A stretch of 64,000 nt of DNA from Planctomycetota bacterium. Lineage in GTDB: Bacteria; Planctomycetota; UBA1135; UBA2386. Positions within the stretch are counted from its first letter, which is position 1, and each line of letters opens with the position of its first letter. The notes under the pieces were generated by a model, which ran no database searches, was not told the DNA's origin, and was given only the letters and a program-made list of their open reading frames with translations. A program made the translations under genes and the position numbers. Positions 33,166 through 42,479 of this stretch are shown here, piece after piece. The DNA lies in contig JBKAGP010000001.1 in assembly GCA_046290465.1 (NCBI GenBank), forward strand, positions 864,001 to 928,000, written 5' to 3'.

Positions 33166-35580
33166 TCAGCCTCGGAGTTCGGCGCCGATCTGGTCGGCGT
33201 TCTTGCGGACCTTGTCGAGGAACTTGCCCTCGTCCTTGTCGGAGAGGGTGCGGTCGTCGGCGCCGAGCGTGACGGTGAAATTGAGGGACTTCTTGCCGGC
33301 CGGGACGTGCTCGCCGCGGTAGACCTCGAACAGCTCGACGCTGCGGATCAGCTTGCGGCCGGTGGTGCGCAGGAAGTCGGCGACGTCGCCGACCTTGGCG
33401 TCGGCGTCGACCAGGAGCGCGACGTCGACGGGCAGGTCGGGATAGACCGGCACCGGCGTGTACTTCGGCTCGGCGCGGCCGTTGGCGTGCAGCGCGCGCA
33501 CGTCGATGGTCGCGATCGCGACCTGCTTGGGCAGGCTGAGCGCCTTGGCGACACCCGGGTGCAGGTGCGCGACGTAGCCGACCGGGGAGCCGTCGCGGTC
33601 GACGGCGACGGCGCGCGCGGGGTGCACCCACGGCTGGTCGCTGCCGCTCCACGAACGGTGCAGCTCGACCGGGTAGCCGAGCCGGCGCAGCAGGTGCTGC
33701 ACGTGCTCGCGCAGCTCGCCGAACGGATGCTCGCCAGCACCATCGCGCCGCGCGAACACCAGCGCCAGCTCGCGCACCTCGTGCGGCAGGCCGTGCTCGT
33801 CCTTCATCTCGGCGTGGTAGCCCTTGCCGGTCTCGACCAGGCGCACCTCGGCGACCTGGCGCAGGTTGTTCTCGACCGTCGCCAGCAGGCTCGGCAGCAC
33901 GTGCCGGCGCATGCGCGTGATCTCGGGCGCGACCGGGTTCTGGACCCGCACGTAGTGCTGGCCCTTGGCACCGCACGCCTCGACCACCGCGTCCGGCGTG
34001 AAGCTGTAGTTGTAGACCTCGTTGCAGCCGAGCTCGAGGCAGCTGACCTCGATCATGCGCCGCACCAGGAACAGCTCCTCGTTGTGCGGCGGCGGTTCGA
34101 CCGCGCCGACCAGCGGCTGCTCCGGGATGTTGTCGTAGCGGAACATCCGGCCGACCTCTTCGATCAGGTCGTCCTCGATCGCGATGTCCTTGGTGGCCCG
34201 GAAGCTCGGCGCCCGGCAGACGAAGCCGTCGTCGCTCTGCTCGACCTCGAACGACAGCGACGTCAGGATCGCGACGACCTGCTCGTCCTCGAGCGCGACG
34301 CCGAGCTTGAGGTCGAGCCGGTCGCGGCGCAGCAGCAGCGGCTGCGGCTCGTACGAGAAGCCGGCCGGGTCCACCAGCGGGCCGGCGGCGACCGCGTCGG
34401 GGCAGTGCTGCTGCAGCAGCTGCAGGAAGTGGTGCACCGCGGTCTCGGCGTTGGCCGGGTCCTGCGCCTTCTCGAAGCGCGTGCTGGCGTCGGTGCGCAG
34501 ACCGAGGCGCATCGTGGTGCGCCGGATCGTGGTCGCGTGGAAGTTGGCCGACTCCAGGAACAGGCTGGTCGTGCCCTCCTCGACCATCGTTCCCTGCCCG
34601 CCCATCACGCCCGCCAGCGCCTCCGGCTCGTCGCCGGCGCAGATCAGCAGGTCGGTAGCGACGAGCTTGCGCTGCTGGCCGTCGAGCGTCGTGATCACCT
34701 CGCCGTCCCTGGCCCGCCGGACGCGGATCGCGCGCGCGCCGACGTGGCGCGCGTCGAACGCGTGCATCGGCTGGCCGAGGTCCAGCATCACGAAGTTGGT
34801 CAGGTCGACTGGCAGGTTGATGGCGCGCTGGCCGACCGCCTGCAGCATCCAGCGCAGCTCGTTCGGCGACGGGCCGCTCGCGACGCCGTCGATCCTCAGG
34901 CCGCAGTAGCGCGGACACGCCTCGCGGTCCTCGATGACGACCTCGACCGCCTCGCCATCCGTCGGCAGCTCCTGCGGCACGACCACCGGCTTCAGCTCAC
35001 GGCCGTAGATCGCCGCCAGCTCGCGCGCGAAGCCGTAGTGGCCCCACAGGTCCGGCCGGTGGTTCACCGACTTGTTGTCGATCTCGAAGATCCAGTCCTG
35101 CACCGGACAGACGTCGACGAAGCGCGCGCCGATCTCGGTGTCCTTCGGCAGCACGAAGATGCCGTCGGCCTCGTCGCTCAGGCCGAGCTCCGACTCCGAG
35201 CAGATCATCCCGTGCGACTCGACGCCGCGGATCTTGCCGACCTTGATCTTCAGCGCGCCCTTGCCGCCAGCGGCGGGCAGGGTGTCGCCGGGCTTGATGA
35301 CGACGACGCGCTGGCCGGCGTCGACGTTGGGCGCGCCGCAGACGATCTGCACGACGCCGCCGGACGGGCCGAGGTCGACCTCACAGACCGACAGCTTGTC
35401 GGCGTCCGGGTGCTTCTCGCGCTTGCGCACGTGGCCGACGACGAGCGGCTCGAGGCCGGCGCCGAAGTGGATCAGGTCCTCGATCTCGGCCGTCGACATG
35501 GTCAGATCGGCGAGGATCTGCTTGGGATCGATGCCCGACAGGTCGACGTGGCGGGACAGCCATCGCAGCGAGAGCTTCAT
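33166..35580 (-). CDS. pheT: Phenylalanine-tRNA ligase beta subunit
   Basis: MKLSLRWL; HPDADKL; IVCGAPN; IRGVESHGMICS; HRPDLWGHYGFARE; GQPMHAFD; LRTDASTRFEK; DLIEEVGR; GKKSL. Confidence 0.97.
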   Translation of the reverse strand: MKLSLRWLSRHVDLSGIDPKQILADLTMSTAEIEDLIHFGAGLEPLVVGHVRKREKHPDADKLSVCEVDLGPSGGVVQIVCGAPNVDAGQRVVVIKPGDTLPAAGGKGALKIKVGKIRGVESHGMICSESELGLSDEADGIFVLPKDTEIGARFVDVCPVQDWIFEIDNKSVNHRPDLWGHYGFARELAAIYGRELKPVVVPQELPTDGEAVEVVIEDREACPRYCGLRIDGVASGPSPNELRWMLQAVGQRAINLPVDLTNFVMLDLGQPMHAFDARHVGARAIRVRRARDGEVITTLDGQQRKLVATDLLICAGDEPEALAGVMGGQGTMVEEGTTSLFLESANFHATTIRRTTMRLGLRTDASTRFEKAQDPANAETAVHHFLQLLQQHCPDAVAAGPLVDPAGFSYEPQPLLLRRDRLDLKLGVALEDEQVVAILTSLSFEVEQSDDGFVCRAPSFRATKDIAIEDDLIEEVGRMFRYDNIPEQPLVGAVEPPPHNEELFLVRRMIEVSCLELGCNEVYNYSFTPDAVVEACGAKGQHYVRVQNPVAPEITRMRRHVLPSLLATVENNLRQVAEVRLVETGKGYHAEMKDEHGLPHEVRELALVFARRDGAGEHPFGELREHVQHLLRRLGYPVELHRSWSGSDQPWVHPARAVAVDRDGSPVGYVAHLHPGVAKALSLPKQVAIATIDVRALHANGRAEPKYTPVPVYPDLPVDVALLVDADAKVGDVADFLRTTGRKLIRSVELFEVYRGEHVPAGKKSLNFTVTLGADDRTLSDKDEGKFLDKVRKNADQIGAELRG

Positions 35581-36668
35581 CGCGCCACCTCCGGGAACTG
35601 CGACAAGAACCGCTGGTCGCCGCCCATGAAGTGGCGGATGTCGTCGATGCCGTAGCGCAACATGACGACGCGCTGCAGGCCCATGCCGAACGCGAAGCCG
35701 GTGTACTGCTCGGGGTCGAGGCCGCCCTCCTGCAGCACGTTGGGGTGCACCATGCCGCACGGCAGGATCTCGATCCAACCGCTCTGCTTGCAGACCGAGC
35801 AGCCCTTGCCCGAACAGAACGGGCAGTTCACGTCGAGTTCGAAGCCCGGCTCGACGAACGGGAAGAAGCCAGGGCGCAGCCGCACCTCGACGTCGCGCTC
35901 GAGGATGACCCGCAGGCAGGTCTTCATCGTGTGGATCAGGTTGGCGGTGCTGACGCCCCTGGAGTTGCCGTCGGCGTCCTTCTGCACGCGGTCCACGACC
36001 AGGCCTTCCATCTGGTAGAAGCTGTGCTCGTGGGTCTTGTCGACGGTCTCGCTGCGGAAGCAGCGGCCCGGCACGATGACCTTCAGCGGCGGCTGGAACC
36101 TGCCGGCCCCGTCCTTGCCCTTCTGGGTCAGGCGCTGCAGCGTGCGCACCTGCACCGGCGAGGTGTGCGTGCGCAGCAGGTTGCCGTCGTCGAGCCAGAA
36201 CGTGTCCTGGCTCTCCCGCGCCGGGTGGTCGCCCGGGATGTTGAGCGCGTCGAAGTTGAAGTACTCCGACTCGATCTCGGGGCCGTCCTCCCAGCGGAAG
36301 CCCATCGACGTGAACAGGTCGACCAGCTCGTTCTGCACGATCGTGATCGGATGCAGCGCGCCGCGGCGCGCGCGCGGGCCCGGCTCGGTCGGATCGAAGT
36401 CGGTCGCCTGCAGCTCCCGCTCGAGCTCCTGGGCCTCGAACGCCTCGCGGCGCTGTTCGAGCGCCTTCTGGACGGCCTGCTTGACCGCGTTGGCGGCCTT
36501 GCCGAAGGCCGGCCGCTCTTCCTTGGGCAGGGAGGTGACCGAGCGCACCAGCTCGAGCACCTCGCCCTTCTGGCCGAAGAGACGCGATTCGAGCTCGGCG
36601 AGCGCCGCGCTGTCGGTGGCGGCAGCGACCTGCTGCAGCCACTCGTCCTGTCTGGCGGTGATGTCCAT
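35577..36668 (-). CDS. pheS: Phenylalanine-tRNA ligase alpha subunit
   Basis: GALHP; NFDALNIPGDHPAR; LLRTHTSPVQVR; FYQMEGL; FPFVEPG; CPFCSGKGCSVC; GFAFGMGLQR. Confidence 0.97.
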   Translation of the reverse strand: MDITARQDEWLQQVAAATDSAALAELESRLFGQKGEVLELVRSVTSLPKEERPAFGKAANAVKQAVQKALEQRREAFEAQELERELQATDFDPTEPGPRARRGALHPITIVQNELVDLFTSMGFRWEDGPEIESEYFNFDALNIPGDHPARESQDTFWLDDGNLLRTHTSPVQVRTLQRLTQKGKDGAGRFQPPLKVIVPGRCFRSETVDKTHEHSFYQMEGLVVDRVQKDADGNSRGVSTANLIHTMKTCLRVILERDVEVRLRPGFFPFVEPGFELDVNCPFCSGKGCSVCKQSGWIEILPCGMVHPNVLQEGGLDPEQYTGFAFGMGLQRVVMLRYGIDDIRHFMGGDQRFLSQFPEVAR

Positions 36669-36753
36669 GAGAGTGGGAGTTGTGGCGGTACAGCACAACG
36701 GCGCTGGACTTGCCAGCGCCGTTTGCGGTTGCGGTCCGGGTTGCCGGCGCGCG

Positions 36754-37110
36754 CTAGCTGAGCGCGCTCTTGGCCTGGCTGCAGACGGCGCCGAAGGTCG
36801 CCGGGTCGTGGATGGCCATCTCGCTGAGCTCCTTGCGGTTCAGCTTGATACCGGCCTTCTGGATGCCGTGGATGAACTGCGAGTAGCGCAGGTCGTGCAT
36901 CTTGACGGCGGCCGTGATGCGGGTGATCCACAGGCGACGGAACGCGCGCTTCTTCTGCGCGCGGCCGGCGAACGAGAAGGCGTCCGCCCGCAGCGTGGTC
37001 TCCTTGGCGATGCGGAACAGATTGCCGCGACGCTGGCGGAAGCCCTTGGCGCGCTTGAGAACGCGGTTGCGGCGTTGGCGGGTAGCGGGACCGTTGGTTG
37101 CGCGACTCAT
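36754..37110 (-). CDS. rplT: 50S ribosomal protein L20
   Basis: LKRAKGF; KKRAFRRLWITRITAA; YSQFIHG; LNRKELSEMA. Confidence 0.97.
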   Translation of the reverse strand: MSRATNGPATRQRRNRVLKRAKGFRQRRGNLFRIAKETTLRADAFSFAGRAQKKRAFRRLWITRITAAVKMHDLRYSQFIHGIQKAGIKLNRKELSEMAIHDPATFGAVCSQAKSALS

Positions 37111-37116
37111 GGTTGG

Positions 37117-37314
37117 TTACCTCCCACCCAGCAGCATGGCCATGTTGGCGTTGATCTTGCCCGAGCACACGGCGGCCTTGCGCAGCTTGCGCTTACGCTT
37201 GGTCGAGCGACGCACCATGATGTGCGACGTGAACGCGTGGTGGAACTTGACCTTGCCGGTCTTGGTCAGCTTCATGCGCTTGACCACCGCCTTTTTGGTC
37301 TTCTGCTTCGTCAT
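37117..37314 (-). CDS. rpmI: 50S ribosomal protein L35
   Basis: MTKQKTKKAVVKRMKLTKTGKV...H...SH...KRKRKLR. Confidence 0.93.
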   Translation of the reverse strand: MTKQKTKKAVVKRMKLTKTGKVKFHHAFTSHIMVRRSTKRKRKLRKAAVCSGKINANMAMLLGGR

Positions 37315-37383
37315 GACTGCAGCTTCGATCCGTGTCGGAAAACGGGCCACCGGGCCCATCGGTCCGGGTGAGGAAGGGCGAAC

Positions 37384-37412
37384 ACGCTAGCGAGGGATCG
37401 GGGAGGCGGCAA
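37384..37412 (-). promoter_or_regulatory. Putative sigma70-type promoter of rpmI-rplT-pheS-pheT
   Basis: TTGCCG-N17-TAGCGT on the minus strand, about 70 nt upstream of the rpmI ATG. Confidence 0.6.
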
Positions 37413-37495
37413 GTGCGGCTTGGGGAAAAGTCTGGTATCCGGGTGCTCCGGCACCGAAAACCCGCTGTCGCCGGGGCGTTGCTCCGGCTTCGAGC

Positions 37496-38329
37496 ATGGA
37501 CCTCACGATCGCGCTGCTGCACCTGTCGGCCTGGCTGACGCTGGCCTTCGCCCTGACCCTGCCCCGGTTCCGTCGCGTCGCCATCAGCGTGCTGACGGTC
37601 GTCGCCGGCCTGACCCTGATGCACGGCGTCGGCGACGGCGAACGCACGCTGGAGACGGTGCACACGTTCGCCGGCTACGAGGGCGCCGACATGGAGGTCT
37701 CGATGGTGTCGTTCCCGACCGGGACGATCACCGCCGACGCCGGCCTCTGGGCGATCCCCTACGCCGGCTTCGCGATGCTGTGGATCCTGATCCTGTGGGC
37801 GATCCGCAAGCGACCGGTCAAGAACCCCTGGGGCCTGCCGCTGCTGCTGGCGTGGTCGAGCTTCGCCGCGTGGCTCGGCATGCAGTACCTCGCCGCCCCG
37901 GCGATCGTCGTGCAGCCGGTCGGCCTCGACCGGTTTCTGTGGCCGGCGGGCCTGGCCCTGTGCCTGGTCGCTGCGAAGCACGCCAAGAGCATGGCGATGC
38001 TGTTCGTGATGGTCAGCTCCGGCATCCTGCTCGGCCGGCTGCCGGCGGCGCTGTTCAGCAAGTATGCGAGCGACAACCACCTCAAGGGCGTGCTCGACAT
38101 CCACCTGGTGCAGGACATCGCCTACCCCGGCACCGACCAGGTCGCCCGCCTCGAGATCGGCTCGTCCAACCAGCAGTTCTGGCTGATCTGGCTCGAGCAC
38201 GTGATCTTCTACCCTGGCGTCTACGCGATGAGCCTGCTGGGCATTGCGTTCGGCGTCTACATGTTCCACAAACACGGCCACCCAGCGCCTGCAGCAGGCG
38301 TCCCCGGCCCGAATCCCACCCAGTCGTGA
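37496..38329 (+). CDS. Multi-pass membrane protein of unknown function (277 aa)
   Basis: About 7 hydrophobic segments; GTGA-coupled to egtB. Confidence 0.75.
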   Translation: MDLTIALLHLSAWLTLAFALTLPRFRRVAISVLTVVAGLTLMHGVGDGERTLETVHTFAGYEGADMEVSMVSFPTGTITADAGLWAIPYAGFAMLWILILWAIRKRPVKNPWGLPLLLAWSSFAAWLGMQYLAAPAIVVQPVGLDRFLWPAGLALCLVAAKHAKSMAMLFVMVSSGILLGRLPAALFSKYASDNHLKGVLDIHLVQDIAYPGTDQVARLEIGSSNQQFWLIWLEHVIFYPGVYAMSLLGIAFGVYMFHKHGHPAPAAGVPGPNPTQS

Positions 38330-39717
38330 ACGACAGCCCGGCTTTCCTGCGACGCGACGACCGGGGAACGCCGGCGGGGAGCCCGGATCTGGCGCGGCGG
38401 CGGCTGCTGCGCCGCTTCGCGCGCGTGCGCGCGACCACCGAACGGCTGATGGCGCCGCTGCAGCCGGACGACTTCCGGATCCAGTCGATGGAGGACGTCA
38501 GTCCCCCCTACTGGAACCTCGGCCACACCAGCTGGTTCTTCGCGACCAACGTGCTGCAGCGCTTCGGCCGCATGCCGGCGGGCTTCGACGGGCTCGACTA
38601 CGCGCTCAACAGCTACTACGAGGGCCTCGGCCCGCGCCTCGAGCGCGGGCGCCGCGGCCAGGTCGCGTCGCCGTCGACCGCGATCGTGCGCGACTACCGC
38701 GCGGCGGTCGACGAGGCGATGCAGGGCTGGATCGCGGAGTGCCCGCCGGAGCACCTCGCCGAAACCGCCAGGCTGGTCGCGATCGGCTGCGAGCACGAGC
38801 AGCAGCACCAGGAGCTGTTCGTCACCGAGATCCTGCACATCCGCTGGTCTGCGCCCGAGGCGCTGCGCCGCGGCTACCTGGAGTCGACCCGTTCGCCGGC
38901 GCCGGCGGCCACCGCGGGCCCGGGTCCACTGGTCGCGTGCGGCTTCGACGCCGCGACCACCGTGCTCGGCTACCAAGGACGGTCGATCGCGCAGGGGGGC
39001 TTCTGCTGGGACAACGAACTGCCCGCGCACCCGGCGCTGGTCGGCGACTTCGTGCTGGCCAACCGGCTGATCACCAACCGCGAGTGGCGCGCGTTCGTCG
39101 ACGACGGCGGCTACCGCGACCCGCTGCTGTGGCTGTCCAACGGCTGGGACTGGGTGCGGCGGCACGGCGTCGAGGCGCCGCTCTACTGGCAGCGCGACGG
39201 CGAGGGCGGCTACCAGCGGTTCTCGCTCTACGGCCTGCACGCGATCGATCCCGACGCGCCGGTCTGCCACGTGTCGTTCTACGAGGCCGAAGCGTTCGCG
39301 CGCTGGTTCGGCGCCAACAACGACGAATGGCGCGGCGCGCGGCTGCCCCGCGAGGTCGAGTGGGAGCACGCAGCGCGCCACGAAGGCTTCCACCGCGACG
39401 ACGCCAACCTGCTGCACGAGGACCTGTCGCGCAGCCCGTTCGACGTCGAGCCGGCGCGCCCCGATCGCCGCGGCCTGCAGCAGCTCGCCGGCACCGCGTG
39501 GGAGTGGACCATGAGCCACTACGAGCCCTGCCCCGGCTACCGCCCATTCGACGGCGCGCTGATGGAGTACAACGGCAAGTTCATGGACAACCAGCGGGTC
39601 CTGCGCGGCGGCTCGTTCGCCACCCCCCGCACCCAGGCCCGCGTCGCCTACCGCAACTTCTGGCCCCCCCATACCCAGTTCCAGGCCACCGCCATCCGCC
39701 TCTGCGCCGACCGCTGA
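38326..39717 (+). CDS. egtB: Ergothioneine biosynthesis sulfoxide synthase EgtB (DinB_2 + FGE-sulfatase domains)
   Basis: QSMEDVSPPYWNLGHTSWFF; NSYY; HEQQHQE; WDNELPAH; HVSFYEA; EYNGKFM; VLRGGS; YRNF. Confidence 0.9.
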   Translation: MNDSPAFLRRDDRGTPAGSPDLARRRLLRRFARVRATTERLMAPLQPDDFRIQSMEDVSPPYWNLGHTSWFFATNVLQRFGRMPAGFDGLDYALNSYYEGLGPRLERGRRGQVASPSTAIVRDYRAAVDEAMQGWIAECPPEHLAETARLVAIGCEHEQQHQELFVTEILHIRWSAPEALRRGYLESTRSPAPAATAGPGPLVACGFDAATTVLGYQGRSIAQGGFCWDNELPAHPALVGDFVLANRLITNREWRAFVDDGGYRDPLLWLSNGWDWVRRHGVEAPLYWQRDGEGGYQRFSLYGLHAIDPDAPVCHVSFYEAEAFARWFGANNDEWRGARLPREVEWEHAARHEGFHRDDANLLHEDLSRSPFDVEPARPDRRGLQQLAGTAWEWTMSHYEPCPGYRPFDGALMEYNGKFMDNQRVLRGGSFATPRTQARVAYRNFWPPHTQFQATAIRLCADR

Positions 39718-39853
39718 CGCCCCGTACGAAATCTCGCCGTTCGGTACGTTGCCGTACGGTACCTGGTTCGTCCTCCAACTTTCGCGGCCGGCCACCACCG
39801 AAAGCGAACGCGCCGGCACCTCCCCCGGCCTCCCCGCGTCTACGATCCGTCGC

Positions 39854-40711
39854 ATGCGCATGCACGCCGTCGTCACGTTCGCGCTGTCGCTCGGGAGCGC
39901 ATGCTGCCAGGTCGAACAGCTGCGACCATTCCTCGCCGAGGACGCCCGCCCGCCGACCGGCGCGGCCCTCGAACGGCACCTCGACACGCTCGACGGCCTG
40001 CTCGACCATCCGGATCCCAAGCTGCGCGACGACCTCGGCTACACGCTGCTGGCGCGCTGGATCGGCAAGGACGGCGCGGTGCCGGACGCGCAGCTGCGCC
40101 AACGGCTGCAGCGCTGGCAGCCGCGGCTCGCGGCGCCCGGCGACACCGACCGCGCGGTGCTGCAGCGCTCGTTCGCGGCGCTGTCGCTGGCGCTGCTGGT
40201 CGCGCGCGACAACCAGCATCCCTACCTCGACCGGGCTCGCTTCGACGGGCTGCTGCAGGCGACGCTGGCCTACTTCGCCAGGCAACGCGACGAACGCGGC
40301 TACGACGAGCAGCTCGGCTGGGTCCACTCGATCGCCCACACCGCCGATCTGTTGAAGTTCTTGGGGCGCAGCCGCCATCTGCAGCCGGCGCAGCAACGCC
40401 AGATCCTCGACGCGATCCGCGAACGGCTCGGCCGCGTGCGCCGCACCTTCTCGGCCGGCGAGGACGGCCGCCTGGTGCGCACCGTGCTGGCGCTGATCGA
40501 CCGCGACGACTTCGACGCCGAGGCCTACTCGGCGTGGACCCGCGCGCTGCTGCAGCCGCCGACGTTCGCATCGACGTCGCACCGGATCGCGTTCGGCCAG
40601 AACCGCCTGCACGTCGTCACCGGCCTGTTCGCGCAGCTCGCGCTCGACCGCGAGCCGTCCGAGGGCCGCAAGCGCGCGCTCGCGGCCACCCGGCTGCTGC
40701 TCGGGGGCTGA
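39854..40711 (+). CDS. DUF2785 family protein
   Basis: DPKLRDDLGY; RSFAAL; DERGYDEQLGWVHSIAHTAD; GEDGRL. Confidence 0.75.
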   Translation: MRMHAVVTFALSLGSACCQVEQLRPFLAEDARPPTGAALERHLDTLDGLLDHPDPKLRDDLGYTLLARWIGKDGAVPDAQLRQRLQRWQPRLAAPGDTDRAVLQRSFAALSLALLVARDNQHPYLDRARFDGLLQATLAYFARQRDERGYDEQLGWVHSIAHTADLLKFLGRSRHLQPAQQRQILDAIRERLGRVRRTFSAGEDGRLVRTVLALIDRDDFDAEAYSAWTRALLQPPTFASTSHRIAFGQNRLHVVTGLFAQLALDREPSEGRKRALAATRLLLGG

Positions 40712-40731
40712 CACCCCCGAGCCGGTCGCTG

Positions 40732-42399
40732 CTACTTGCGCTCGAGCTCGTCGGCGAGCTTCTTGGCGCCGTAGATCTTGCGCAGCGACTCGATGATGAT
40801 CGCCGGGTGCACCGAGACCGTGCGCGACACCTCGTCGTCGAAGACGTAGTTGTTGCCGAGCATCTCGATGTTGCCGTCGAACACCAGACCGATGACGTTC
40901 TGGTCCTTGTCGATCATCGGCGAACCCGAGTTGCCGCCGATGATGTCGCAGGTCGCGACGAAGTTGAACGGCGTGCGCAGGTCGAGCTTCTTCTCGGCCT
41001 CCTTCCACGCGTTCGGGATGTCGAACGGGTGCTCGTCGCCGAACTCCGCGTTGCGCGCGAACAGCCCGTAGAGGGTCGTGAAGTGCGGCGCGACGGTGCC
41101 GTTGTAGTCGTAGCCCTTGACGACGCCGTCGCTCAGGCGCAGCGACATGGTCGCGTCCGGCGGGATCGAGTTGCCGTAGACGGCAAAGCACGCCTCACCG
41201 ATCTGCTTCTCGATCTCCTTCTCCTTCGGGCCGAACTTCGACTCGACCTGGTTGAGGTTGGCACCGCCCTTCAGCGCCTGCACCTTCTCGCTCTGGATCT
41301 TGGCCATGCGATCCCAGGCGTCGCCGTACTTCTCCTGCAGCTCCGGCTTCTTGGCGACCTCGGCGCGCAGGTCGGCCTCGGCCTTGCGCTTGATGGCCAT
41401 GACGCGCTCGTCGCTGAGGCCGTCGAGGTAGCCCTGCAGCGCCTTGCGCGAGTTCTCGTAGCGCAGGATCGTCGAGCGCTGCGCCTTCTCGAACGCGGCG
41501 TCCTCGGCGGCGCGCGCCTTCATGCGCTTGATCGCGCCCTCGTACATCGGCACCAGCGTCGAGTAGTAGTGATCGCGCATGAACTCACACTGCGCGAACG
41601 TCTTGAGGCGGCCGGTCCGGCCCGGGTTGCCGGTCACGAACACGAGCTCACCCTTGTCGGCGCCCTCGGTGCGCCACTTGAAGCAGTGCTCCTTGCTGTC
41701 GACCGGCTTGCCGTCCGCGTCGTAGGCGCGCAAGAACGTGAAGTCGAGCCCCCAGCGCGGGTAGCAGAAGTTGTCCGGGTCGCCACCGAAGTGCGCGGCC
41801 TGGCCGTGCGGCGCGCACACCAGCCGCAGGTCCTCGTACAGCTTGAAGCTGTAGAGCTGGTAGTTGCCGCCCTGGTAGAGCGCGATCACCTGGTGGTAGA
41901 GGTCCGGCTGCGCTTCCTTGGCGGCCGCCAGCACGGCGTCCTCGCCGTTGGCCTTGACGTCGTCGGTGACGTCCTTCTGGCCGACCATCTGCGACACCAG
42001 CAGGCCCGGGATCTTGATCTCGCCCTCGTAGCTGCCGGCGTAGAAGCCGTCCTTCAGCCAGTCCGCTTCGCCCTGCACGCTGACGATGCCGTCACGCGAG
42101 CAGTGGTGGTTGGTCATCACCAGGCCGTGCTCGCTGACGAACGACGCCGAGCAGAAGTAGCTGATGTCGCCACCGTCGCGCTTGCCGAGGCGCAGCGACG
42201 ACAGGCGGGCGTGGTCGAGCCACTCCTTCGACGGCTGCCAGTCGTAGGCCTGCTGGAACCAGCCCAGCGGCGCAGCCTCGAAGGTCCACATGCGGCCCAG
42301 TTCCTTGCGGGTCTGGGCTTCGAGCGCCGGCGCGGCGAGCAGGCCGGCGAACGCGAACAGGAGCGCGCGGGCTCCCCCGGATCGAACAGAGATCTTCAT
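40732..42399 (-). CDS. S46 family dipeptidyl peptidase (DPP7/DPP11-like), 555 aa
   Basis: Signal peptide; GRMWT; CSASFVSEHGLVMTNHHC; FGGDPDNF; GNPGRT; PDATMSLRLS; DIIGGNSGSP; GLVFDGN. Confidence 0.92.
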   Translation of the reverse strand: MKISVRSGGARALLFAFAGLLAAPALEAQTRKELGRMWTFEAAPLGWFQQAYDWQPSKEWLDHARLSSLRLGKRDGGDISYFCSASFVSEHGLVMTNHHCSRDGIVSVQGEADWLKDGFYAGSYEGEIKIPGLLVSQMVGQKDVTDDVKANGEDAVLAAAKEAQPDLYHQVIALYQGGNYQLYSFKLYEDLRLVCAPHGQAAHFGGDPDNFCYPRWGLDFTFLRAYDADGKPVDSKEHCFKWRTEGADKGELVFVTGNPGRTGRLKTFAQCEFMRDHYYSTLVPMYEGAIKRMKARAAEDAAFEKAQRSTILRYENSRKALQGYLDGLSDERVMAIKRKAEADLRAEVAKKPELQEKYGDAWDRMAKIQSEKVQALKGGANLNQVESKFGPKEKEIEKQIGEACFAVYGNSIPPDATMSLRLSDGVVKGYDYNGTVAPHFTTLYGLFARNAEFGDEHPFDIPNAWKEAEKKLDLRTPFNFVATCDIIGGNSGSPMIDKDQNVIGLVFDGNIEMLGNNYVFDDEVSRTVSVHPAIIIESLRKIYGAKKLADELERK

Positions 42400-42479
42400 C
42401 TTGGAACGCCGCAGTCTACGCACGCTCCGCCGCGGTCGCGAAAGGCACCCCGCGCAGATCCCTGGAAAAACGGGCCCGC

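Noticed and set aside
38326..39717. Selenoneine (SenA) or ovothiol (OvoA) synthase
   Set aside because: No senB/selD neighbours and no C-terminal methyltransferase domain; motifs fit EgtB
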